NCBI RefSeq assembly: GCF_020885515.1 | Contig: NZ_AP024987.1 | Coordinates: 420,001-452,000, forward strand | Direction of reading: 5' to 3' | DNA length: 32,000 nucleotides | From: a cyanobacterium endosymbiont of Braarudosphaera bigelowii | GTDB lineage: Bacteria; Cyanobacteriota; Cyanobacteriia; Cyanobacteriales; Microcystaceae | Shown here: positions 21,731 through 29,806 of the stretch, one piece after another | Layout of the letters: every line of letters begins with the position of its first letter | Numbering within the stretch: position 1 is the first letter of the stretch | The notes under the pieces: model-generated | The model's input: the letters and a program-made list of their open reading frames with translations, nothing else | Databases searched by the model: none | Told to the model about the DNA's origin: nothing | Made by a program: the position numbers and the translations under genes

Positions 21731-22780
21731 ATGACAACCTTATTACGTAATTGTTGGTATGTCGCTCTAAGCAGCAAAGACTTGAAACCAGCAACAATAA
21801 TACATAAAAAAATTCTAGATGAACCTATTCTCATTGGACGAAAAAAAAATGGCCAAATCTTTGCAATGCGTGATGTTTGTCCACATAGAGGCATTCCTTT
21901 AAGTTATGGATCATTGTGTAAGGAAGATATATCCTGTCGGTATCATGGTTGGAAATTTAATGTTAATAATGGTAGATGTAGCGAAATCCCTTCCCTTACA
22001 GAACATGATGATTTAGAGGTAGGTCGTATTCAAGTTCGTACATATCCATGCGAAGAAGTTCAAGGTAATATTTGGATATATTTTATCGATACTAATAAAA
22101 GTAAAACTACATTATCCAACCTTCCTCCTGTCCCAACTATTCCTGATTTTGGCAAACTTAAGCCGGGAATAACAGAGACTATGAAATTTGCCTGTAACGT
22201 TGATCATGCAATTATCGGCCTTATGGATCCAGCTCATGGGCCTTATATTCATAATGCTTGGTGGTGGAGAAGTGGTCCTCGTAAATTCCGAGTTAAAGAA
22301 AAGCATTATGAACCTGTATCGCAAGGTTTTCGTCTTATTCCCTATAATATGCCAGTTAGTGCTCGTCCTTATAAAATTTTAGGGAATAATGTATCTATTG
22401 AGATTGTTTTTCAGTTACCTGGAATTCGTACAGAAATTTTGAAAGGCGATCACTATTCCGCTTGTTTATTGACATGCATTACTCCTATAGACGAATCTTC
22501 ATGCGAAATATTCCAAAGTATTTATTGGACAATTCCTTGGGCAGGTATGTTTAAACCTTTGCTAAGCTTATTAACTCGTCAATTTTTAGCTCAGGATCGT
22601 GATGCTATTGTCCAGCAACAAAAAGGTCTCATTTATAATCCTTCACTCATGTTAATAGATGATGCAGATACTCAAGCTAAGTGGTATTTTCGTTTAAAAC
22701 AAGAGTATCAAAAATCTCAAGAAGAGAATAGAACCTTTATAAATCCGATTGAACCTCGAGTACTACGTTGGAGGAGCTAA
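21731..22780 (+). CDS. Rieske [2Fe-2S] non-haem iron oxygenase, PAO/Tic55/LLS1-like
   Basis: Rieske motif CPHRG-x16-CRYHGW. Mononuclear iron motif D-x2-H-x4-H (DPAHGPYIH). 349 aa. Confidence 0.85.
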   Translation: MTTLLRNCWYVALSSKDLKPATIIHKKILDEPILIGRKKNGQIFAMRDVCPHRGIPLSYGSLCKEDISCRYHGWKFNVNNGRCSEIPSLTEHDDLEVGRIQVRTYPCEEVQGNIWIYFIDTNKSKTTLSNLPPVPTIPDFGKLKPGITETMKFACNVDHAIIGLMDPAHGPYIHNAWWWRSGPRKFRVKEKHYEPVSQGFRLIPYNMPVSARPYKILGNNVSIEIVFQLPGIRTEILKGDHYSACLLTCITPIDESSCEIFQSIYWTIPWAGMFKPLLSLLTRQFLAQDRDAIVQQQKGLIYNPSLMLIDDADTQAKWYFRLKQEYQKSQEENRTFINPIEPRVLRWRS

Positions 22781-23284
22781 GCTGATAAAAGCTTGATAAA
22801 GTAGTTCTCATGACTGATTAACATATATAAGCTGATGTATTTTTAATCAATTTTAATATTATTAATAGTTATAGTCTGTTTTGTGATATTTTTTTAGTTC
22901 CATAGTGAAAATTAAAAACACTATAGTGAACTTGAACTAGCAAGATAAAAAGTCTTTTATGAAATTCTTAACAAGAGTTTCATATGATTAACTTAAATAC
23001 AGTTCAATATAGAATAGAATTAAATAGTTTAAGTATAGCATGAAAGAAATTTTTTTAATTGTATAAGTTTTTATAAACAACTATTTTATCAGAGAATTCT
23101 TGTTTTTTTTTTAAGCTGTTATTGTCTTAATTTATCTTACTTTTTTTAAGTTTTATTAATCACTATGCATAAGTATTTTGATATGATACATAATTAATTT
23201 TTATCTTTTCATATCAGTAGATATAACTTATTGAAATGAGAGGTAAATAAATCTTAAATTGTAATAAAAATCGGTATAAGTTAT

Positions 23285-23293
23285 TGCTATAAT
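23285..23293 (+). promoter_or_regulatory. Candidate extended -10 promoter element (TGcTATAAT) for hupSL
   Basis: Perfect TG-n-TATAAT ending 27 nt before the hupS ATG. No convincing -35, as is common for extended -10 promoters. Confidence 0.35.
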
Positions 23294-23320
23294 ATTCCGA
23301 AAACCTATCAGAGACGATCA

Positions 23321-24283
23321 ATGGCTAATGTTCTTTGGTTACAGGGTGGTGCTTGCTCTGGAAATACAATCTCTTTTCTTAACGCAGAAGAACCAACCCT
23401 AGTAGATTTAATCACCGATTTTGGAATTAATATTTTATGGCATCCATCTCTGGGTATGCAGCTAGGTGATGAATTACAAGAATTATTGATTAATTGTATC
23501 AATGGAAAAATTTCTATTGATATATTAGTATTTGAAGGATCCGTAGTTAATGCCCCTAATGGTACGGGTGAATGGAATCGTTTTGCTGGTCGTCCTATGA
23601 AAGACTGGTTAAACGATTTGTCTAAAGTAGCTGGATTTGTAGTTGCAGTTGGAGATTGTGCGACTTATGGTGGAATTCCAGCAATGGAGCCAAATCCTAG
23701 CGAATCTGTTGGTTTACAATTTCTTAAACGCCAGAAAGGGGGTTTTTTGGGAGACAATTTTCTTTCCCAAAAAGGTTTTCCTGTTATTAATATACCTGGT
23801 TGTCCTGCTCATCCAGACTGGATTTCTCAAATACTAGTTGCTGTTGCTACTGGAAGAGTTGGAGATTTAACTCTTGATGAATTTCATCGTCCTGAGACTT
23901 TCTTTCGTAGTTTTACACAAACTGGTTGTACAAGAAATATGCACTTTTCGTATAAATCAAGTACTGAAGAATTTGGCCAACGTACTGGATGTCTCTTTTA
24001 TGATCTAGGGTGTCGTGGGCCTATGACTCATTCTTCATGTAATCGCATTTTATGGAATAAGGTTTCTTCTAAAACTCGCGTTGGGATGCCTTGCTTAGGT
24101 TGTACCGAACCAGAATTTCCTTTTCATGATCTTAAAAAAGGAACTGTTTTTAAGACTCAAACCGTTATGGGTGTACCTAGAGAATTACCTCCTGGCATCA
24201 ACGCCAAAGATTATGCAGTAGTAACAGTTGTTTCTAAAGATGCTCGTCCATCTTGGACAGATGATGATTTTTTTACTGTGTAA
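23321..24283 (+). CDS. hupS: Uptake [NiFe] hydrogenase small subunit
   Basis: 320 aa. LWLQGGACSGNT, GDCATYGG, PGCPAHPDW and C-terminal Cys-rich Fe-S ligand motifs. No twin-arginine signal peptide at the N-terminus. Confidence 0.95.
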   Translation: MANVLWLQGGACSGNTISFLNAEEPTLVDLITDFGINILWHPSLGMQLGDELQELLINCINGKISIDILVFEGSVVNAPNGTGEWNRFAGRPMKDWLNDLSKVAGFVVAVGDCATYGGIPAMEPNPSESVGLQFLKRQKGGFLGDNFLSQKGFPVINIPGCPAHPDWISQILVAVATGRVGDLTLDEFHRPETFFRSFTQTGCTRNMHFSYKSSTEEFGQRTGCLFYDLGCRGPMTHSSCNRILWNKVSSKTRVGMPCLGCTEPEFPFHDLKKGTVFKTQTVMGVPRELPPGINAKDYAVVTVVSKDARPSWTDDDFFTV

Positions 24284-24354
24284 TATAAGTACATGATTAG
24301 AGTCGCTATGAAATTTTCATGGCAAGGTTTTATCATCAGAAAGAGATCTAGAAC

Positions 24355-24400
24355 AAAATCATAAAAGTAATAGTAACTTTACTATTACTTTTATGATTTT
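24355..24400 (+). other. Intercistronic RNA hairpin in the hupS-hupL spacer
   Basis: aaaatcataaaagtaatagt-aacttt-actattacttttatgatttt is a 20-bp perfect inverted repeat read directly from the sequence. Confidence 0.7.
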
Positions 24401-24491
24401 ATTTCCCATCTATTTTGTATATGGGAATAGTAAATAATTACAAATTATTTCTAATATTTTTTCAAAGTTTTACTATTTTTGAGAGGAATGC

Positions 24492-26087
24492 ATGGTAGTT
24501 CAAAAGCTGGAAATCTCCCCTGTAGGAAGAGTTGAAGGAGATTTAGATATTAGAGTAGATATCGAAGATGGCTATGTTGTAAATGCTTGGACAAAAGCAG
24601 AATTATTCCGTGGTTTTGAAGTTATTCTAAAGGGTAAAGACCCACAAGCTGGACTTATCGTTACTCCTCGTATTTGTGGTATTTGTGGTGCATCACACTT
24701 GACCTGTGCATCTTGGGCGTTAGATACAATTTGGGAAACTGAAGTACCTCGCAACGCCATCTTAGCACGTAATTTAGGACAAGTAGTTGAAACCATACAA
24801 AGTCATCCTCGACATTTCTATGCTCTGTATGCGACTGACTTAACAAACAAGAGATATAAGAATAGTCCTTTCTATGAAGAAGCATGTAAAAGATTTACTC
24901 CGTTTACAGGAACTTCCTATGAAATAGCTATAGTAACTTCCGCAAAGCCTGTAGAGCTTTATGCTCTATTTGGAGGACAATGGCCTCATTCTAGTTATAT
25001 GGTTCCAGGAGGTGTAATGTGTGCGCCAACACTAACTGATGTTACACGTGGCTGGGGAATAATGGAGTATTTTCGTACTAATTGGCTAGAACCTGTTTGG
25101 TTAGGATGCTCTCTTGAAAGATATGAAAAAATTCAGACCTATGAAGATTTTCTGGAATGGCTAGAAGAGAGTCCTGATCACGCTAATTCCGATCTAGGGT
25201 TTTATTGGCGTATGGGGCTAGATATCGGATTAGATAAATACGGTCAAGGACCAGGAAGATACTTAACTTGGGGGTATCTTCCACATGAAGATAAGTATCA
25301 AAAGCCTACGATTAAGGGTCGTAATTCAGCTGTAATAATGAAAGGAGGTGTTTATGACAGCTTTACTGATATGCACCATATGGTAGATCATAGTTTTGTC
25401 ATGGAAAATACAAGTCACTCCTGGTATGAGGAAGGTATTGACGATGTTCATCCTTTTGATAGGGTTACTAATCCTCAAAGTATGAATAAAGGAGATTATG
25501 ATAATAAGTATTCATGGTCAACAGCAGTAAATCATAAAGATTTAGGCCGGATGGAAGTGGGTTCCCTTGCACGTCAATTAGTAGCAGGTGGAAAACATGG
25601 AGAAAGCTGGCAACATTATGATGGTTTAATCTTAGATATGTTTAAAAAAATGGGTGGCCCTAGTGTACATCTAAGAGAAATTGCCCGGATGCATGAATCT
25701 GTAAAATTATATAGAGAAGCAGAAAGATGTTTACGAGAATTCAAGCTTAATGATCCTTGGTATATTAAGCCCAAAGAAAAAGATGGACGTGGTTGGGGAG
25801 GAACAGAGGCTAGCCGTGGTGCTCTATGCCATTGGGTTGAAGTAGAAAAAGGAGTTATCAAAAATTATCAGGTAATTGCTCCTAGTACCTGGAATATTGG
25901 TCCCAGAGACGGTAAAGATATTAGAGGTCCCATTGAAGAAGCACTGATTGGTATACCTATCGAAGATATGAATAATCCAGTGGAAGTTGGTCATGTCGCC
26001 CGTTCATTTGATTCTTGTTTAGTCTGTACAGTACATGCACATGATGCTAAAACAGGTAAAGAATTAGCAAGATTTCGCACTAACTAG
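24492..26087 (+). CDS. hupL: Uptake [NiFe] hydrogenase large subunit
   Basis: 531 aa. N-terminal Ni-Fe ligand motif RICGICGASH. C-terminal DSCLVCTVH followed by a 16-residue extension (AHDAKTGKELARFRTN) of the type removed by the maturation endopeptidase. Confidence 0.96.
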   Translation: MVVQKLEISPVGRVEGDLDIRVDIEDGYVVNAWTKAELFRGFEVILKGKDPQAGLIVTPRICGICGASHLTCASWALDTIWETEVPRNAILARNLGQVVETIQSHPRHFYALYATDLTNKRYKNSPFYEEACKRFTPFTGTSYEIAIVTSAKPVELYALFGGQWPHSSYMVPGGVMCAPTLTDVTRGWGIMEYFRTNWLEPVWLGCSLERYEKIQTYEDFLEWLEESPDHANSDLGFYWRMGLDIGLDKYGQGPGRYLTWGYLPHEDKYQKPTIKGRNSAVIMKGGVYDSFTDMHHMVDHSFVMENTSHSWYEEGIDDVHPFDRVTNPQSMNKGDYDNKYSWSTAVNHKDLGRMEVGSLARQLVAGGKHGESWQHYDGLILDMFKKMGGPSVHLREIARMHESVKLYREAERCLREFKLNDPWYIKPKEKDGRGWGGTEASRGALCHWVEVEKGVIKNYQVIAPSTWNIGPRDGKDIRGPIEEALIGIPIEDMNNPVEVGHVARSFDSCLVCTVHAHDAKTGKELARFRTN

Positions 26088-26090
26088 AGA

Positions 26091-26136
26091 TTAAATGGAA
26101 GTGATATAAATTATAAATCACTTCCATTTAATTTTT
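26091..26136 (+). terminator. Rho-independent terminator of hupL (shared with the convergent radical SAM gene)
   Basis: ttaaatggaagtgat-(11 nt)-atcacttccatttaa is a 15-bp perfect stem followed by TTTTT. It starts 4 nt after the hupL TAG. Confidence 0.75.
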
Positions 26137-26155
26137 CCTGACGCTAATAATATTA

Positions 26156-27757
26156 TTAAAATTTTGTCTCATTAAAATGTTTAACTAGAGTGGTATGAGG
26201 AAGAGGTCCTTTTAAATGGCTCCATGGTAATATTTGATCCGTCTTCCAGATACTATGAACATAATATTCTAGAGATGGTATCTCTCCTTTAAGTTCTTTA
26301 AAGGCACGTTTATAACTACCTAAAGAATTTCCATAATAGCGAGTTAATTTGAACAATTTACTTAAACGCCGATCACCTCTAGAAATCAAAGCTTGAATTA
26401 TGGACCAATTATAACTCTCTGGACGAAATTCTATTCTTTTTTTGCCTAAAACTTTTTCTAAATATTTTAGTCTTTTTTTAGATAGTTTATTTACTCCTAG
26501 CCACTGAAACGGAGTATGAGATTTTGGGATAAATGTACTACATCCAAACGTTATTTTTAATCCTTGTGCTGCTTTGTGTATAGCATCTAACATCAAAATC
26601 GTTTGTTCTATATCTTCCTCATCTTCCCCTGGTATTCCAACCATTCCATATAATTTAATATTTTTTAATCCACCAATTTTTGCATTAATTGCTGCATTAA
26701 TAATTTCATCATTATCTAACTTCTTGTTAATATTTTTTCTAATTTTTGCTGAACCACTTTCAACAGCAATTGTTATTGATTTTGTATTACGATTAGTTAA
26801 TAAGTTTGCTAATCTTTCCGTAACTGTATTAGCTCTAACTGAAGCGATACTTACTCTAATATCATCATACTTAGGTTGATTTAAATAATTTAATAAACTA
26901 TCAAACTCTGGATGTTGCGTAATGGATGGTCCTAGCAAGCCAATTCTATTGGTAACTTTAAGACCTTTTTCAATATTTGGAATTAAAGAAGTATCTAAAT
27001 CGGCTATACGAAAAGGCAAGTTCAGATAACTAACCAGACAAAAACGACACATTTCCGGACAACTTCTAACTACTTCTAGCATATATATATTTTCCCAAAC
27101 AGCATTTTTTGTAACTACTGTTGAAGTTGAAAAAGAATTACCACGATAAATTTGTTTTTCAATACTTGAAGGAGTGTTTGTTTCAATTGCTTTAATCGAT
27201 TTAATTTCCCCGTCATAGTCGTAATAAGTAATTTCATATAAACTTGGTATATAAATTCCAGGAATTGTTGCTAAATAAGATAATTTAACAGCTCGACTTT
27301 CATTTCTTACAATTTTATATGCCTCTAAAAAATCATGTATTAGCTTTTCTCCATCACCCAGTAAAATTACATCAAAAAAATCAGCAAAAGGTTCAGGATT
27401 AGCTGTGAGAGTAGGACCACCTCCAAATATTAATGGGTGATTCTCATTTCGTTCATTTGTTTGAAGAGGAATACCTAAAATGTCTAAAATATCAAAAACG
27501 TTAACATAATCTAATTCCCATGAAAAAGAAAAGCCTAATAGCTCAGATTTTTTGGGCAAAGGTTCTTTAATATCTGTAAATAAACGACTAACATTGACAT
27601 CATTTCTACTAGCAAAAGTAGCCCAGACAGTTTGATAACCCAAACTCGTAATACCTACACTGTAACTATTTGGAAAGCAGAAAATTATTTGAATGGCATT
27701 ACTATCAGGTATCGTTGGTTTAAATAGTAATCGTTCTTGATCAAAAATAATCGTCAT
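26156..27757 (-). CDS. Radical SAM protein with N-terminal B12-binding-like domain (function unknown)
   Basis: 533 aa. CxxxCxxC cluster motif CPEMCRFC. The GIPGE segment is typical of the radical SAM core. The N-terminal Rossmann-like region precedes the core. Confidence 0.85.
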   Translation of the reverse strand: MTIIFDQERLLFKPTIPDSNAIQIIFCFPNSYSVGITSLGYQTVWATFASRNDVNVSRLFTDIKEPLPKKSELLGFSFSWELDYVNVFDILDILGIPLQTNERNENHPLIFGGGPTLTANPEPFADFFDVILLGDGEKLIHDFLEAYKIVRNESRAVKLSYLATIPGIYIPSLYEITYYDYDGEIKSIKAIETNTPSSIEKQIYRGNSFSTSTVVTKNAVWENIYMLEVVRSCPEMCRFCLVSYLNLPFRIADLDTSLIPNIEKGLKVTNRIGLLGPSITQHPEFDSLLNYLNQPKYDDIRVSIASVRANTVTERLANLLTNRNTKSITIAVESGSAKIRKNINKKLDNDEIINAAINAKIGGLKNIKLYGMVGIPGEDEEDIEQTILMLDAIHKAAQGLKITFGCSTFIPKSHTPFQWLGVNKLSKKRLKYLEKVLGKKRIEFRPESYNWSIIQALISRGDRRLSKLFKLTRYYGNSLGSYKRAFKELKGEIPSLEYYVHSIWKTDQILPWSHLKGPLPHTTLVKHFNETKF

Positions 27758-28230
27758 ATTTTAATTTTGTTTATTTTTCAATTTTTTAAATCTATTTCTC
27801 AAAGCTCTAGATTGAATAATATTAATAGTTGAATTTTTTATTAATATTATTTCAACTGTTAATCTAATTATTTGGTTCAAGCATATTAACTTATCAAGAG
27901 AACAATCATTTTTATATTAGAAATAAAAAATACCTATATTTATAAATTTCTACTTAATTTTTTTATTAAAGAACTTATAAAAGTTATTACAGATTATTGT
28001 TATATATTTATCTAATATCATTTACTATTAATAATAACTCTATTTTTAATAACAATTTAATTTATCTTTTATACAAGCTAAAACTATGGTTAAAAGAAAT
28101 AACTATTTTTATTTTCCATGGTATAGATAATAGTTTTCACTCCCTACACGACAAGAACATATAAATTTTTACGAGAATAAAAGATTAATAATATATAATC
28201 AGGCTAATCATATATTTACAAAATAATTAT

Positions 28231-28803
28231 ATGCAGAAAAATATTAACAATATGTTAGAAATTGGTACGATAGTAGGTCCTAGGGGATTAAAAGGAGAAG
28301 TAAAAGTTTTATCTAGTACAGATTTCCCTGAAAGATTTGAAGTATCGGAAGAGCACTGGATGAGGGACCCTTCTCAATCATCAATTCAATTAGTTAAATT
28401 AATCAATAGTCGCTATGTAGCAAATAAAAATATTTATGTTGTTCGTTTACAAGGGATAGAGACCAGAGATCAAGCAGAAATACTAAGGAATCATAAGCTT
28501 TTGGTTACCAATAATTCTATACCGAAGTTAGGAAAAGAAGAGTATCATATGTCTCAACTTGTAAACTTAAAAGCCTATCATATAAAAACAAAAAAACTTA
28601 TAGGTATTGTGACTGATATATTTACAACAGGTCATGATTTATTAGAGATTAAGTTAAATAATTTACCTTTACAAGAATCAGACAAGGAACAAAAAATCTT
28701 AATTCCTTTCGTTTATGAGATTGTTCCAGTAGTAGATTTAAAAAATAAGAGAATAGAAATTAATCCACCCAAAGGATTATTAGAGTTATCTACAGTGAAA
28801 TAA
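28231..28803 (+). CDS. rimM: 16S rRNA processing protein RimM
   Basis: IGTIVGPRGLKGEVKV N-terminal signature, PRC-barrel-like C-terminus (ILIPFVYEIVPVVDLKNKRIEINPPKGL). The true start may be Met8. Confidence 0.85.
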   Translation: MQKNINNMLEIGTIVGPRGLKGEVKVLSSTDFPERFEVSEEHWMRDPSQSSIQLVKLINSRYVANKNIYVVRLQGIETRDQAEILRNHKLLVTNNSIPKLGKEEYHMSQLVNLKAYHIKTKKLIGIVTDIFTTGHDLLEIKLNNLPLQESDKEQKILIPFVYEIVPVVDLKNKRIEINPPKGLLELSTVK

Positions 28804-28965
28804 AACCTCAAATAAGAGTTACAGTTTCTTAAAAATTAAAATTTAATCATAATTTTTGAATTTGATTGATCCATTATGTCCCATAACAGATTACAATCTA
28901 CTTTTGATAAATCATAATTTACTAAAATTAAGGAGAAAGCTATTCCTGAGCAATTAAACCTAACC

Positions 28966-29319
28966 GTGAGTTTAAGGGGAACTCATGAGACAAACGGTAA
29001 TCACCAAATTTTCCGTTTAACTGGCTTATTAGATGCCTTTTCTGAACCTATATTTCGTAAAGTTGTTGGAACATATATAGACAAGGGTCCTTACGATATT
29101 ATTCTGGTCTTAACTCAAATTGATTTTGTGGATAGTTCAGGATTAGGAGCATTAGTACAGTTAGTTAAACAAGCCCAAAATCACAATGGAAGCCTACAAG
29201 TTGTCACTAATCCTAGGGTTACACAAACTGTAAAACTAGTACGTTTAGAGGAATTTTTATCTTTACAGACAACGCTAGAAGATGCTATTTCTCGTCTTAA
29301 AAATAAGAAAAACAGTTAG
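28966..29319 (+). CDS. STAS-domain protein (anti-sigma-factor antagonist, SpoIIAA-like)
   Basis: 117 aa. LTGLLDA, then the DFVDSSGLGALV motif with the conserved Ser position. GTG start as called; the start is ambiguous (see findings). Confidence 0.75.
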   Translation: MSLRGTHETNGNHQIFRLTGLLDAFSEPIFRKVVGTYIDKGPYDIILVLTQIDFVDSSGLGALVQLVKQAQNHNGSLQVVTNPRVTQTVKLVRLEEFLSLQTTLEDAISRLKNKKNS

Positions 29320-29367
29320 GATGTTTATTCTCTCAGTGTTAAACCAAGCCAATATTTCCAGTATGGT

Positions 29368-29781
29368 ATGATAAAAAAATGTTACCCTGATGTTGGTTTC
29401 CAAATGTTCGTACAGACGAAAGACCATAGCAGCATTGACCGGTTATCTCCTGCTTTTTTAGCTTATATCGGTGATGCTGTCTACGAGCTTTATGTGCGTA
29501 CAGCTTATTTATTACCTCCGCGTAAATTAGCCGATTATCATAATCAGGTTGTTGCGCAAGTTAGAGCAGAAACTCAAGCAGCAGCTTTACAACAATTACA
29601 GCCATATTTAACAGAGACTGAGAAAGATATTGTTAGGCGGGGAAGAAATGCTACTACTAGCCATCCCCGTCGTTTAAAGCCAGAAATTTATCAACAGGCA
29701 ACCAGCTTGGAAACACTCATAGGCTATTTATATTTACGAGACTCTCAACGACTAAATGAAATACTCAAAAGTTTAGTTTAA
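29368..29781 (+). CDS. mrnC: Mini-ribonuclease 3 (Mini-III, 23S rRNA maturation)
   Basis: [13 protein letters not shown] is the RNase III catalytic signature, in a roughly 130-aa protein with no dsRBD. The start may be ATG 29404. Confidence 0.8.
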   Translation: MIKKCYPDVGFQMFVQTKDHSSIDRLSPAFLAYIGDAVYELYVRTAYLLPPRKLADYHNQVVAQVRAETQAAALQQLQPYLTETEKDIVRRGRNATTSHPRRLKPEIYQQATSLETLIGYLYLRDSQRLNEILKSLV

Positions 29782-29806
29782 TAATTTCAATCTTGAGAGA
29801 AAAATT

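Noticed and set aside
23060-23075. NtcA-like box TGTA-N8-TATA upstream of hupS.
   Set aside because: It has a mismatch in the conserved TAC half. No TAN3T -10 lies about 22 nt downstream. It is about 225 bp from the best -10 candidate. Near-matches like this are expected by chance in AT-rich DNA.
24293-24364. 23-codon ORF (MIRVAMKFSWQGFIIRKRSRTKS) in the hupS-hupL spacer, ending inside the hairpin arm.
   Set aside because: No Shine-Dalgarno and no recognisable family. An ORF this short is expected by chance. The hairpin explains the conservation-worthy part of the spacer.
27815-27857. Interleaved complementary segments A-B-T6-A'-B' (aataatattaat / agttga ... attaatattatt / tcaact), which have the topology of an H-type pseudoknot, upstream of the radical SAM gene.
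   Set aside because: The stems are almost entirely A/T and low-complexity. Such self-complementarity is expected in this composition, and there is no supporting conservation information.
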